A stretch of 64,000 nt of DNA from Tetramitus jugosus. Lineage: Eukaryota; Protista; Heterolobosea. Under the pieces are notes generated by a model. It made no database searches, had not been told where the DNA came from, and worked only from the letters and a program-made list of their open reading frames with translations. The stretch covers positions 62,001 to 126,000 of the forward strand of contig OW569383.1 in NCBI GenBank assembly GCA_937625935.1. The letters are read 5' to 3'. Below are positions 12,807-24,650 of this stretch, piece after piece (positions within the stretch are counted from its first letter, which is position 1; each line of letters begins with the position of its first letter). The position numbers were made by a program, and so were the translations under genes.

Positions 12807-13789
12807 TTGACAGCCTTGTTTCTTGTCATCTCTCTCAAGTTTATTTCTCTGTGGTCATTGCCTTACTCGTTGTTTTTCTCTTATTTGCTTGCCTTGGCAC
12901 TGCGACATGGGGTACTGCTTCCATTTGTAATCACTCCTCATTTTAAGGGCACAACCTTTACAAATTCCGATCATCATTACTATGCGCTCGTTTCTGGCGA
13001 CCTCAGGTATTGGTTACGGACTCTGCAAGAAGTTTGCAAAGGACAACTTCAATTTGGTTCTTGTGGGCAGAAGAGGCGAACGATTGGAGAAGGCGAAGAA
13101 CACAATCGAGAACAACTATGGTGTGAAAGTCATTGTGATTGAAAAGGATATGAGCGTTCGAGGCAAGGTTGCAGAGTCACTCGACAAAGAGATTAAGTCA
13201 CAAGATCCTCAAGCTATTGTTGTCCACGTTGTCAACAACGCTGGATTTGGCAGTAATGGTGATTTTGTCAAGCTAGATGTGGAAACAGAGCTCAACATGA
13301 TTGACTTGAATGTTTGTTCTTTGGTTGATATGAGCCACTACTTTGCCAACCAAATGATGAAGTGGAAACAGGAAGAAGCTCACAAGTCTATCACTCCAAG
13401 AATCACAAACATTGCTTCTGTTGCTTCCTTCTTGTACGGACCACGCATGACCACGTACTATGCAACCAAGCACTTTGTCTCCACGTTTTCCATTTCTTTT
13501 GCACAAGAAATGAAGAAACATGGAATCAGCGTGACAGTTGTTTGTCCAGGAGCAATTGACACGGAGTTCTTTGATCGCGCAAAAGGTCGTTGGCCGCTTC
13601 TTGAAGGAAACTGCTAGGTGTCCTGTGGATCACTTTGTTAATGAGGCATACCCCCAGATGATCAATGGTGAGCTCTATACAATGAACGGAGGTATGAACC
13701 AGGCTCTCGTGACCATTGTATCAGTAATCGATTTTCTCGCTCTTCGATGGAACTTGGCTCTCAATGGCTACATTGCTCAACTCGAGTGA
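12807..13789 (+). CDS. Short-chain dehydrogenase/reductase with N-terminal hydrophobic anchor, two frameshifts
   Basis: YALVSG/TSGIG, NNAG and YYATK motifs over three successive frames (breaks ~12999 and ~13586); no in-frame ATG. Pseudogene or assembly indels. Confidence 0.75.
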
Positions 13790-14063
13790 GTTACTTCAAA
13801 TATATCCAACAACAACAACAACTACAACAATGAATCTCCCAACGTTTTCATTCACACCATCACATCCTATTTTCACAAGATGCGATTTCACCTGTCGCAT
13901 CTTTTCTTTCACAGATATCTTTTTTGGGTTCGCCGTAGACCCACAACTCAGCCTCTCCACCCAAAAAAAATTATCATCAGAGAGAAAAAACGCAACAAAT
14001 CAAACGGCCACCACCATCATCATCACACAAAATAACCGTTTTTTGTGTCCGTCGCCAACAACC

Positions 14064-15014
14064 ATGATCTTCCAAACAACACTCCTCTCCTGCTTCTCCT
14101 GTCTCCTCTTTTACCAAATCTCCAAAGAGCTTCTCCTGCCTTGTCTCTACCACTATTCTCACTATTGCTTTACAAATAACAACAATAACAGTAAAAATAG
14201 TAAAAATAGTAAAAATAATAGTAAAAGTGAACAACAAGACTCTGAAAATAAATTCACATCGTACCATGATCAATACACTGAATTTGAGAAGAAGGTCAAT
14301 GCTCAAAAATTAATGTCATTTTTGCATGGTGTCATTAGCACGATAGGTGCATTGATGTGCGTAATGTCCTATGAGTTTTCTTCTCACACGTATGCTCTCG
14401 TTCATATTCATCATCATGATCATCATCAGGATGAAGGTGTGATGAAGGAACGAATGAAATTTTTGGAAATTACATTGGGTTATTTCATGGCTGATCTCAT
14501 GCTTTATATGACAGATGTTTCAAAGTACTCAAAAATGGATATTGCTCATCATGTATTGTCCTGTGTGGCGTACATGATTGGATTGTTGACTCGTTTTGGA
14601 ACAGGTTCATTTGCTATGATTTGTTTCCAAACCAATGAAATTTCAACGCCATTCTATCATGTGAGATACTTTTTGGGATTGAGTCCAAATTATTGGAAGC
14701 GTACGAGGTGGTACGCACTGAATGAGATGATGTTTAGTGTCTTGTTTTTCGTGTTTCGAATTGCGTACAATGCGTTTGTGTTGTGGAGTGTGTGGAAGGC
14801 GAGTGTCATGGATTTTAGTAAGCACGATACGATTGTGATTGGTGTGTTGGTTGTGATTGGCGCACTGTACTATATGGTTCAGTTGATATGGTTCTATCGA
14901 ATCTTGCAGATTGTGTTTTGGAAGTTGAGTGCAGCACTGAGCAGCAGCAACAACAACAACAACAGCAAGAAACAATCACATGTGAACGTTGGAGACAAGA
15001 CACACACGGATTAA
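14064..15014 (+). CDS. TLC (TRAM/LAG1/CLN8) domain membrane protein
   Basis: SFLHG, GYFMADL, AHH, EISTPF and FFVFRI motifs; likely ATG at 14064. Confidence 0.85.
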   Translation: MIFQTTLLSCFSCLLFYQISKELLLPCLYHYSHYCFTNNNNNSKNSKNSKNNSKSEQQDSENKFTSYHDQYTEFEKKVNAQKLMSFLHGVISTIGALMCVMSYEFSSHTYALVHIHHHDHHQDEGVMKERMKFLEITLGYFMADLMLYMTDVSKYSKMDIAHHVLSCVAYMIGLLTRFGTGSFAMICFQTNEISTPFYHVRYFLGLSPNYWKRTRWYALNEMMFSVLFFVFRIAYNAFVLWSVWKASVMDFSKHDTIVIGVLVVIGALYYMVQLIWFYRILQIVFWKLSAALSSSNNNNNSKKQSHVNVGDKTHTD

Positions 15015-15140
15015 TTGTCATATATATATCATTCAAAGTCAAATTACATAAAAAAAGAAGTCTAACATACAACGATTGATGTTCATTTCACAATTGTGCG
15101 AAAAAGCAAGTGAAAACAGTGTGAGCGTAACGCAAGTTGT

Positions 15141-17729
15141 TTATCGTCGATAACTTCGTTGGTTGCGAGATTTGGAGTATTGGTGTTTGTTGCCAGCTCT
15201 CTTGCGATTCCGTCCGTAGCTGTTGTCGTCGAAAATGCCATACTCTTCCAACTCGCGCACCAATCTGTCTTGATCGAGTCTCAGTTTCTCTCTTCTGTAT
15301 CGTCTCTGTTCAGAAACTACATTGAACTTGGCTGATCTGTCACCTTGAAGGAATGTTCGATTCACAGGTTTGCTGACCGCCTTTTGGATCATTTCCAGCA
15401 ACACCTTTTGATGTTCTCTCGCTTGTTCATGATTCACAAATGTTTCCACAAATCGATAACTCAACCAGCAGTAGACATCCAAAATCTTGTAAATGGATTC
15501 GACTTCTCTGAGTTGTTCCATTGTTTGAGGGTGTTTCTCAGGTGGCTGAATCATCAATGGGACAGACTCTCCCTGAGAGTGATGTCGCGCATATCCCTTG
15601 GCAATACGCATGGCATTCGAATCAGCAGTGTCCACGGGAGCATTCAAGAATTGCATTCTCTCATGGAATGTCAATTCTTTCACCGTATGCAACAGATCGG
15701 CTACTGCTTTACGATCATCGATATTACACATAAAATACTTTGGATCAGTTTCTGTCAACTTGTAGAACGAATCCAGGGTTACACTAAGCTTTTGTTCAGG
15801 TGAGAATTGTCGAGTAAAGTATTCAACCTGATCAATCGGTGGAAACAATCCAGCAGCTTCAATATCTGGTAATTGCTTCATCATGAAAGCAGTCTGCAAA
15901 ATCTTGCAATCAGAAGATTTCAAGCAGGTGACTTCTCCCTTGGGGTACAAACTTCCAAAACGACCAGCTCTTCCAGCAATTTGGCGAATCTCCCACGGTT
16001 CCAACTGTCTTCTGATTGTTCCATCAAATTTCTCAACCGAATTGAACACAATTCTTCGAATATTCAAGTTTAAGCCCATGCCTATCGCATCTGTGGCAAC
16101 CAACACATCATAGGCACTGTTTACACTGTTGAACAATCGACTCTGTTCCAATCTAACTCTTGGCGGCAAGCTTCCATAAACAACAGCAACTCTTAGATTC
16201 GTATTCCGTTCAATTTCATGCTTGATTCTAAACACTTCTTTTCTCGAGAAGGCCACCACACAATCTCCTTCTCTAATATTCTTATAATCTTCATCAATAG
16301 AGGATCGAGCTGTTACTTTGAGCGGTGTTAGTCTCTTGTAGTGTTTCACTTCCAATTCGTCTTCAGTTTCGCTACAAAGATGCTCAATCAATTTCAGTGC
16401 TCTCTCCTCACCACACACGTGAATTTCTTCGGCGTTGATACCTAGTAGTACTCGCGTCCATGCCCATCCTCGATCCTCGTCTCCAATCAATTGAATCTCA
16501 TCAATCACAGCTACATCGACAGGTGTGTTGACATCAACCATTTCGACAGTAGATGAAATGTGAGTCGCTCCATCAACTTCAACCTTATAATCTCCAGTCA
16601 TCAGATTACACTTTACACCTTGTTCTGTGAGCTTTACATAGCCCTCGGTGGCCAGCAGTCTCAGAGGTGCGCAATACACACCACTCTTTGCACCTTTTAA
16701 TCTCTCGAATGCACCGTGAGTCTTTCCTGAATTCGTTGGACCAGTGTGCACGATAATCTTTCGTTTCTTGGACCGAGCAGCAGTGTACCACTCGTGAGGT
16801 TTCTTCAAATCTGTTGGTTGCAAAATATCACTCTCTCCCTCGTGTACCATTCGTTGATTGACGAAATGTGTGGGAAATCGAATCATGACATCCTGTAGAT
16901 ACATCTTGTACATTAGTTCAGCCTCTGTAATTGGTGTAGGGGCATTATGACCATGAGAAGGTTTGCTTAACCGATAGAATGCACTCTGAATACTGATTTC
17001 TGTTGCCTTATCATGCATAAAGTGGTTCCTGAACAGTTCAAATGACAATTTGAACACTGCAGGCGTAATCCCGTAGGCCTTGTACTTTGGTTCCTCTGCA
17101 TACCTCTCATCAAACTCAATCTTGTCCAAAATCTTTGAGAAATAGCGTTCCATACTCGCAGAAAGCTTCTTTCTTGGAACATTGCGCTCCTGGGACTCTC
17201 CCGTGAATGACTCACCCTCAACAAAGTGTAAATTAGGTGGTTGATTAGTCTTACTTGCTCCTTGATCAATCAAAAATTCATCTAATGGTTGTTCTTCTCT
17301 CTTTGTGTGAACAAGAGTTGTATTTCCATCCACATCAATCTCCAAATCATCTTCCAAGTCATCATTCAGTGATTCACTGCCATAAACAAAGTTGCCTACA
17401 GGATCATTCGATGTCTCACTGTTGCTTAACAATGAAGATTGCTTCTCCTCCTCAATTGCTTCATTGACAAGTTTATTGGTGAGAGGTCTTGACGAAGACA
17501 CAGGAGAGCTGGTTTTCTTTGAGAGGCGCTGAGCAGAAAGAACCTTGTGAAACGCCTTTTTTGCATAGCTCCTATATTGATAACTCAAAATCGAGTTACT
17601 TGCAGCAGTGCCTAGATCATTCAAGTTCGATACATTTCCCCGAATCGTAGGCTGAATGGCAGTTGTTCTTTTTGGCGGCAAAATGGAGCAAAAAGGCGGG
17701 AGATGAGAAACTCTCTGTAAACGATGCAT
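15141..17729 (-). CDS. SUV3: Mitochondrial ATP-dependent RNA helicase SUV3
   Basis: GPTNSGKT, PLRLLA, IDEIQ..RGWAWTR, ATDAIGMGLNL, QIAGRAGR; N-terminal transit-like peptide. Confidence 0.95.
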   Translation of the reverse strand: MHRLQRVSHLPPFCSILPPKRTTAIQPTIRGNVSNLNDLGTAASNSILSYQYRSYAKKAFHKVLSAQRLSKKTSSPVSSSRPLTNKLVNEAIEEEKQSSLLSNSETSNDPVGNFVYGSESLNDDLEDDLEIDVDGNTTLVHTKREEQPLDEFLIDQGASKTNQPPNLHFVEGESFTGESQERNVPRKKLSASMERYFSKILDKIEFDERYAEEPKYKAYGITPAVFKLSFELFRNHFMHDKATEISIQSAFYRLSKPSHGHNAPTPITEAELMYKMYLQDVMIRFPTHFVNQRMVHEGESDILQPTDLKKPHEWYTAARSKKRKIIVHTGPTNSGKTHGAFERLKGAKSGVYCAPLRLLATEGYVKLTEQGVKCNLMTGDYKVEVDGATHISSTVEMVDVNTPVDVAVIDEIQLIGDEDRGWAWTRVLLGINAEEIHVCGEERALKLIEHLCSETEDELEVKHYKRLTPLKVTARSSIDEDYKNIREGDCVVAFSRKEVFRIKHEIERNTNLRVAVVYGSLPPRVRLEQSRLFNSVNSAYDVLVATDAIGMGLNLNIRRIVFNSVEKFDGTIRRQLEPWEIRQIAGRAGRFGSLYPKGEVTCLKSSDCKILQTAFMMKQLPDIEAAGLFPPIDQVEYFTRQFSPEQKLSVTLDSFYKLTETDPKYFMCNIDDRKAVADLLHTVKELTFHERMQFLNAPVDTADSNAMRIAKGYARHHSQGESVPLMIQPPEKHPQTMEQLREVESIYKILDVYCWLSYRFVETFVNHEQAREHQKVLLEMIQKAVSKPVNRTFLQGDRSAKFNVVSEQRRYRREKLRLDQDRLVRELEEYGIFDDNSYGRNRKRAGNKHQYSKSRNQRSYRR

Positions 17730-18561
17730 AATAATGGCGGCAAAATTTCAACTGAATGTGATTTGTTGTTTTGTTCAAGTAGTTTGAACTTTGAAAACTT
17801 GCAACTTTGATTTGCACTCGTGTGAAATTTTTTGTTTGATTTGAGCAAAGTTCAACCAGAAGTATTCCCCGAGTTATTTTTGGAGAAATTCAACTGGCAA
17901 GTGATGACCGTCACAATTGAATGTACAGTTGCAAGAGCTGCTGCTGATTACGTGGAAGATGGTTAGTTACTCATCCGTGCAATGAGAACTAACTGACCAA
18001 TCTAACAATCTTTGAAAGCAGTTCAGTATTGTTGACAACAAGCACCGATGATGACGGATGAGATTACAAGTAGGCTCATGATTCTGGTTCTTCCTGAGTA
18101 CTTCTCTGCAGTACAGTATCATTACCATCATCACCCAGACCTTGTGCTCTTCTTCACCTTAGTCTCAATCTGAAAACATCGTCACCCCGACATATTCGGC
18201 GTTCAACATCGCGATTCATGACAAGCGAATTCCAACCTGGGCTTCGGAAGTTTGTGCGCGGAATGCCCACATCTGGCTTTGGCGCCCCCTCATAAGGAAT
18301 TGTCTTCCATTTGATGAAACATTTCTGAACGTTGTCCAACGACACATTCCAAAACAATAAAAAAAACAAGTAGTTATCACCAATCCTTTGAGGTCTTGGC
18401 GTAATGGGTGTTGGGTAGTTTTCTCCTATTGATAAACATACCACCTCTCCTTTATTTAAAAAGCTGTTACCAATCCTCCTTCATCCGAAGCAGATTACAA
18501 GTTTTTGAATTCATTATCAAAGTCTACATGATTAAAAACAATAATTATTATTATTTGTGCA

Positions 18562-20961
18562 ATGTCATTCCTAGTTCAAGTCAAGAATCGAAGAAAACAA
18601 TCCGCTTTTGTTTCACTGTTTGTGCTTACTGTGCTTGTTGCTGTGGTACTCCTGGCCCTTCAGATCACTCCTCTGTTAGCTGAAGAACAGATCCGATATG
18701 ACGCTACTACTACGTTGTCTCAAAACGATGGTAGTAGTAGTGGTAGTCACTCCAATCTTGTTGTGTTAAATAACAGGAGTTATGGTGGTGATGATGAAGA
18801 AGAAGAAGATGATGGAAATGTGTTTACAGAGAATTCTATAGATGCTCTGAACACTGTGTTAGAAGAGAAGAAAAATAGCTTTCAGATGTTGTATGTGAGT
18901 ATTGTCAAGGGACACAATCAGGAAGTTGTTTCAAGAGTTTGGTTAGTTCTTTGGCCAAGTTTGCTCTTTGTGAAGCCATACACTCAACTGTACTCGCTCT
19001 TTACGATCGATGAGAAATTTGAGTTTCTGACACTGGAGTTGGTCAAGGATTTTAACGTTACCAGCTTGGATAACTTGGTTATCGATGTGTCTCCTCCAGT
19101 CGCCAAAAGATCCAAAAAGGTCAAGAACAACGAGAACGTAGTTTCGACTACTTTGTCGTTGTCCCCTTGGGTAAGAGCAGTGTATAATTTAACAAATGTG
19201 GGCCAATTGGGATCCGATGAAACCACATTCTCTATTTGTAGTGAACTGTCTAAGCCAGACGGAACAGTGTACGAGCGAAAGTACACTTGTCTCAACATGG
19301 CAACCAATCAGACCAGTATTGTACAAGCACCTTCACTTCTGATTGTCGAAGATTGTACTTTCACGGCCTTGCATCTCTCCGTCATTATCGGCTTTATGTA
19401 CTACGTGTCTCTCAAATTGAGAGATATCAAGAACCAAAAGTTGAACATTCTTATGAGTGACAAAATGAGGAGTCCTCCCTTCTGGCAGTTCATATTACCA
19501 GCCATCGGTACTGAGACAAAATCGAACTTTAGACTGTGGCATTGTGTCTGGCTCATCATTATCCACATGGTGCTATATTCACTGATGTTGTTCTCCACCT
19601 TTGCTCCAGACTATTGGCCAAGAACCAATGAAGATTCATACTTTACTTTCAGACAGGACTATGACGGTTTTGAGAAGAGATTCTTCTACTCATGTTTCCC
19701 TATTATCATCATAAACATGATGACAACGACTTACAAGATCTCAACCAATTGGAAGCACGAAAATTTAGTGAGAATGAAGCCTGCTACCTCTTGGAATCTT
19801 AGACTGCTTCGTGCAATCAGTGCAATGGTGATATCATCTAGCTCGGTTCTATTCATTACACTGTACATTGTCCTCTGTGTGCCAGAAGGGTTCACCACGC
19901 CTAAGAAGGTCATTTTCGGAACGAGTGCAGCACTATTTGGCATTCTATTGTTCAAGCACTTGCTTCGAAAGTCTGTTTACGCCAATAACTGGGCCTATGG
20001 GATCATTAGCAAGTATTACATGCGCAAGGCCCAAAGGCAACAAGAAACTGAAGATTCTTCACTCGTGAGTGCTCAACCTAATTTGGAGTTGATTTCCCTA
20101 GTGACAACGATTCCTTACTGGGTGATCACTGCTGTCTGGAGAACAACTCTGATGTTGTTGGCGTTTCATGCTGGAGAAGTTGTTGAACGTCTGTTCGTGT
20201 CCACCATGTCTAATCTGTTGATCAATCCAGACATGATTACAACATACAGTTATGCTGCATCTATCCTTGGTGTATTTTACAAGTTCTCATCAGATATAGA
20301 AGCACCTTATCACAAACTGCGAAGCCTTATCGCTCAAGAGAGAGGTGTTCTATCTATTGAGCGTGTCGAGGAAACCAATGAGGATTTGAGGAATGCTACC
20401 TTGAAAGAAGTCAAGAGCGATCTGTTGATCTTCAAGACATTGTTCTTTCTTATTCCTATGAATTGGCGTATATTTGCAAAGGTGGCAAAGATGTGCAACT
20501 TGGTGTACACCACGAGAAGGACTCTTATCCAGCTACTGGTTACCCTGTTTGTTCTCTGCGTGTTTTACATGGCTGCCAAGACACACGACAACAAATTCTT
20601 CAACAAGTTGAATGATAACATGATCCTTGGACTCGTCGCGGGTACCATTATGCCTCTGATCCCCAGAATTGTTTCATATTTTGGAGATGCTGAAACATCA
20701 GAAGAGAATCAACTGTTCATGGAACGATTGAAAAGCTCTCTGCTGGCACTCGAAAGAAAGGAAGAGAAGAGAACGAGTGAAACTTTTGATTGGCCAGTTC
20801 CCTCTGTCTATGTACCATTCAGATTTGTGATCTTGACAGGCGTCGGAACAAAAGGTGACACCAAAAGCTATCCATTAGTCAACATTCAACAAAAGAGTCA
20901 CTATATTGATATACCAGACACTGAAGAAGAGACTGGAACAGATGCAAGTTCCTACTTCTAA
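18562..20961 (+). CDS. Uncharacterised multi-pass membrane protein with signal peptide or anchor
   Basis: Intact 799-aa ORF with an N-terminal hydrophobic segment, a soluble region rich in N-glycosylation sequons, then many TM-like segments. Confidence 0.75.
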   Translation: MSFLVQVKNRRKQSAFVSLFVLTVLVAVVLLALQITPLLAEEQIRYDATTTLSQNDGSSSGSHSNLVVLNNRSYGGDDEEEEDDGNVFTENSIDALNTVLEEKKNSFQMLYVSIVKGHNQEVVSRVWLVLWPSLLFVKPYTQLYSLFTIDEKFEFLTLELVKDFNVTSLDNLVIDVSPPVAKRSKKVKNNENVVSTTLSLSPWVRAVYNLTNVGQLGSDETTFSICSELSKPDGTVYERKYTCLNMATNQTSIVQAPSLLIVEDCTFTALHLSVIIGFMYYVSLKLRDIKNQKLNILMSDKMRSPPFWQFILPAIGTETKSNFRLWHCVWLIIIHMVLYSLMLFSTFAPDYWPRTNEDSYFTFRQDYDGFEKRFFYSCFPIIIINMMTTTYKISTNWKHENLVRMKPATSWNLRLLRAISAMVISSSSVLFITLYIVLCVPEGFTTPKKVIFGTSAALFGILLFKHLLRKSVYANNWAYGIISKYYMRKAQRQQETEDSSLVSAQPNLELISLVTTIPYWVITAVWRTTLMLLAFHAGEVVERLFVSTMSNLLINPDMITTYSYAASILGVFYKFSSDIEAPYHKLRSLIAQERGVLSIERVEETNEDLRNATLKEVKSDLLIFKTLFFLIPMNWRIFAKVAKMCNLVYTTRRTLIQLLVTLFVLCVFYMAAKTHDNKFFNKLNDNMILGLVAGTIMPLIPRIVSYFGDAETSEENQLFMERLKSSLLALERKEEKRTSETFDWPVPSVYVPFRFVILTGVGTKGDTKSYPLVNIQQKSHYIDIPDTEEETGTDASSYF

Positions 20962-21020
20962 ACTCACACAATTTAATAAATTATCATTTTATCTTGGACT
21001 TTCACACTTCAACAAATTTA

Positions 21021-22874
21021 ATGAACAAAAAAATTCACACACGGAAAAAAAGCTGCTCCTCAAAAACAACAACAAGAAACAATGCTTTACTCTTTGCACC
21101 AACACACAGACTCAAACAACAAGATTCACTTTATTGGTTCCTTCAAGCGTACCAATGATTACATATGGACCACCAATGTATCCACTCTCACTGAAACAAC
21201 CAGTGATTTGCACTATTTTCAATTGGTAGGCAACAAGATGGTTGCCATAACAGAAGATGTGAGTGATGTTGTGGCTCAAAAAGCTCTGATTCGCCCTGCT
21301 CTCGGTCAATACACTGCCACTACAACCACTGCCACAAATGCTACACCGAGCAAGAATCAAAAAAAGAAGCAACAACAACAACCAAAACAACAACAACAAA
21401 ATTCTCTCAAAAGCTTGTATGTGAATCATGGAGGAGTTTGTGGTGCATTGTTCACCAATGGACGATTTGTGACTGGAAAGCTAAGCAGCAAAGCACTTGA
21501 GAAGAAGGTGAAGAATCAGCAATCGTCATCATTGAGTCAAGTGATAGTCGATGACATTCAAGTGGAGTATGAGATTGAATTGAATGTGGAAAAGTATGAT
21601 TTTGAACAGTCAATTCAATTGTTGGGCAGTAATTTTGGATACTTTTTGTTCTTTTATGATAAACAAGGTATGATACGAAGTGTTTGTTGCTTTTTTCTTT
21701 ATTGGTGAAAGTGATGCTCGCATGTGAGTTTCAGACATTTGAAAGCTTGATCAAGCAATCGAATGAGCCACCATTTTTGTATTTTGCAATCAGTTGAGCG
21801 GAGAATATTTACAATTCGTTGATGCTTGTTTTAATAGGAAATTACAAATTACAGCATTGGAATGAAAGGTTGAGCGCTGTGACCGTTGATACCATTGTGT
21901 ATCCAAAGGAAGTTGATCAAACGAACCAATTGACCAGCTTGAAGAGCCTTTGCTTCTTACCACGACTCAATTTGCTTCTTTTGCTCACTTCCAATGGTGA
22001 CATCTTGGGCATAGATATCAATAGCTTAACTACACCACAGAGCTTGCAAAGTCGCTTTACAGCTGGAGAAGACTCCAACTCATTGTCCATGATTGTGCGA
22101 TTCAGAGGTCTGACGACAGAGTACTTGAAGCCAGAGAACACTGATGATAACAACAACAACAAGAAGTCATCCGACTCAGTTGCACTTCGATTGACAGTAG
22201 ACGGACAATTTGTCGAATTGTCTGATGCCGAAGCGAACAGTGAACAACAGACCATTTCAAAGTTCTCGCTCGTCACCATTTCCAAATTGAGTGATGAAGC
22301 TTTGCTTGAGCAAATTACAAAGTTGAATCATTTGCTCACAACAAAGCTTGCCGCTTACATTTTGAATCAAATTTATTTGATTGAGAAGGAGAAGGCAGAT
22401 GATACCACGATTGTCTATTACAAGAGTGTGCTATTTATTTATCAAAAGATGAGAAAGCTACAACAGGTACCAAAGGAACAAATTCACTTTTTGCTCGTGA
22501 AACTCTTGCAGAATCAAAATTTGGAAGACTCAAGGTTCTTGATTCTCAAGTGTTGCAGACTTCTCTCCTTCTTTGATGGTCAAAAGTCAACTTCACTGCC
22601 ATTGGATGCTCTACCAATTCTCGTCAAAGAATTCACTGCTGATCAGCTGTGGATGATTGATGCTTGCAACCTGATTATCGATTTACACTTTAGAAGCATT
22701 ATCGAAAGCAAGGAGTTGTTGGAGAGTGTGAAGGAGTTGAGAGAAAAGGTTAGCCTGTTCCAACAAATCAGAGAGACAGAAGTTAAGCTAGGTGGTATGA
22801 TACAAACATTTGCCTCGGCACCACAACCAAAGTCCTTGAGTAGACCAGGTGGTATCGAACTCATTAATTTCTAA
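21021..22874 (+). CDS. Possible NOL11/Utp8-like nucleolar protein; intron 21668..21837
   Basis: A gtatga..tag intron joins ORFs 21082 and 21819 in frame. The C-terminus (LIIDLHF..GIELINF) resembles the NOL11 C-terminal pattern. The ATG at 21021 needs one A removed from an A7 run; 21082 is the alternative start. Confidence 0.5.
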
Positions 22875-22994
22875 GCATGCGCACAAACAAATTAAAGAAC
22901 AACTTAAACAGCAATGACTTTAGGCGCACAACGTTGCTGCACTGGTGCATCATCAGATTTTTAAATTATTTTGTTTTATTGTGCATGAATGCAT

Positions 22995-23453
22995 TTACTC
23001 TGCTGATAGGGAAAGCTTGGCAATAGCCATTCTATTCTCATGCTCTTGCAACAATCTTGCCAATGACACATCAATTGATCCAACCAATGCTTGAGACTCC
23101 TCCAACATTTTCTGAACGACACGATCAGCATCAATCTCCTTTTTCTTCACAGTCACTCTCTTTTGTGTTCCATCAATCATTTCCAATGTGATAAAATTGT
23201 TATTAGAGTCTTGCGATGGATGGACTACATTTTTGTTGTAGACAATCTTTTGGAATGAGACGTGAGGATTAGCTCCTGCTAGACTGTTGAACCTGTATTT
23301 TGTAAGGTTGCGGAATGGCTTGTTGGAATGAGATGCACAATGATAGACAACAGAAACTCTGGCCAATTCTTTTGGTAGCTTAATCTCTTTTGTGATCAAT
23401 TCCTGTGCGAGCTTTGCTGCTGCACTCATTTGTTGAACTGCCTTCTTCTTCAT
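22995..23453 (-). CDS. L51/S25/CI-B8 domain protein (mitoribosomal or complex I related)
   Basis: RVSVVYHCASHSNKPFR..LAGANPHVSF..ITLEMIDG pattern typical of this thioredoxin-like family. Confidence 0.65.
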   Translation of the reverse strand: MKKKAVQQMSAAAKLAQELITKEIKLPKELARVSVVYHCASHSNKPFRNLTKYRFNSLAGANPHVSFQKIVYNKNVVHPSQDSNNNFITLEMIDGTQKRVTVKKKEIDADRVVQKMLEESQALVGSIDVSLARLLQEHENRMAIAKLSLSAE

Positions 23454-23574
23454 GATTGCTGTTGTTGTTGGTGATGATGTCTATTTTGTTTGAGTTGGCG
23501 GGATTTCGTGTCGGGTGAAATGTGAAAAAAAAGAGGAGAAAAAGAAAGTAGCGGTGAAAAGCGGATCGTTGTAT

Positions 23575-24597
23575 CTACTGAAGTTGCTGCTTCATGAGTG
23601 AGCGTTGAGCGTGCATGATTTGGTGAACAGAGTCACATGTCAATAAATAAATATCAATAAAGGTTTGGCCAAAGTTGTTCGATTGTAACTCATCGAATTC
23701 CACTTGTAGCTCTGACCGCTCAGGCAACTCAAACTTGATGTTCGAGTAATAGGTTGATGGCTCCAATAGAATAGTTGCTTGTCTGGCAGCTAGTTTCTGT
23801 GCCTTGTGCATCTCTAATCTCCCATAGAGCTCTGCCAAAGTGTTCCACAAGGTATAAGATCGAACATGAACCATGTACAGTGAATCCAAGTAGCTAATCG
23901 CTCCACTCTGATCCTTATCTAGCTCCTTCTTACTTGTAACTTGATATTCTGAGAAGCACATGGGCAGAGACTCGAAACAGTGAATGCATTTTTGGATCAA
24001 ATGAATCCCTTTCTTCCAATCGACCACACGATCAGAATGAGTCAATATTTTTGCCGTCTGTTCCCACAAGAACAACTGGAATGCAGCTCTCATTTTCACA
24101 GAATTTTGCTTCAACCATTGCTTACTCACTAACAACCGCTGCTGAGTCAAATCGTTGAGCATTGAAATTGCCTCTTGCACGCTCAAGGACTCACCGCCAT
24201 CATCACCACCAACACGCTCATTTGAAACACATTGAGCAACAACAAGTCTTGTCAAACACCTGACCCACGTTTGATACATTTCTCGTTTCAAAAACATGGG
24301 TGCTTTCTCATCTGCAATCAAACATTCCTTGATGTGAGACATTTCGTTCAGAATGACCCGGTACTGTCTCTTGAGGTACATTCGGTCCCAACATGTCTTG
24401 ATCAGAATGAAATCTTCAGTCAAAGTGGTGTGTCTCTCTTTCAAAAACCATTCAGAGTTCGGTACATGAGGAAGATAAACAGTCGTGGAAGACGAGTTGT
24501 TGTTTGCAGCAGATTCAGCGGGTTGTTTGCAGCTGCATTCCTCTTCTTCATCTGATGAGTCACCAAATGCATTGGCAAAGCATGACAGCGCTTCCAT
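23575..24597 (-). CDS. Hypothetical helical protein, 340 aa
   Basis: Intact ATG-initiated ORF; no confident domain. Confidence 0.7.
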   Translation of the reverse strand: MEALSCFANAFGDSSDEEEECSCKQPAESAANNNSSSTTVYLPHVPNSEWFLKERHTTLTEDFILIKTCWDRMYLKRQYRVILNEMSHIKECLIADEKAPMFLKREMYQTWVRCLTRLVVAQCVSNERVGGDDGGESLSVQEAISMLNDLTQQRLLVSKQWLKQNSVKMRAAFQLFLWEQTAKILTHSDRVVDWKKGIHLIQKCIHCFESLPMCFSEYQVTSKKELDKDQSGAISYLDSLYMVHVRSYTLWNTLAELYGRLEMHKAQKLAARQATILLEPSTYYSNIKFELPERSELQVEFDELQSNNFGQTFIDIYLLTCDSVHQIMHAQRSLMKQQLQ

Positions 24598-24650
24598 CTT
24601 TCACTCCTTTGTTGCGCTCAGAAAAGGATTTATGCGACAATTATTAAAAG

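Noticed and set aside
17904-18171. Possible spliced ORF with in-frame TGA after YC (selenoprotein?)
   Set aside because: No recognisable selenoprotein family or SECIS element; more likely a decayed fragment.
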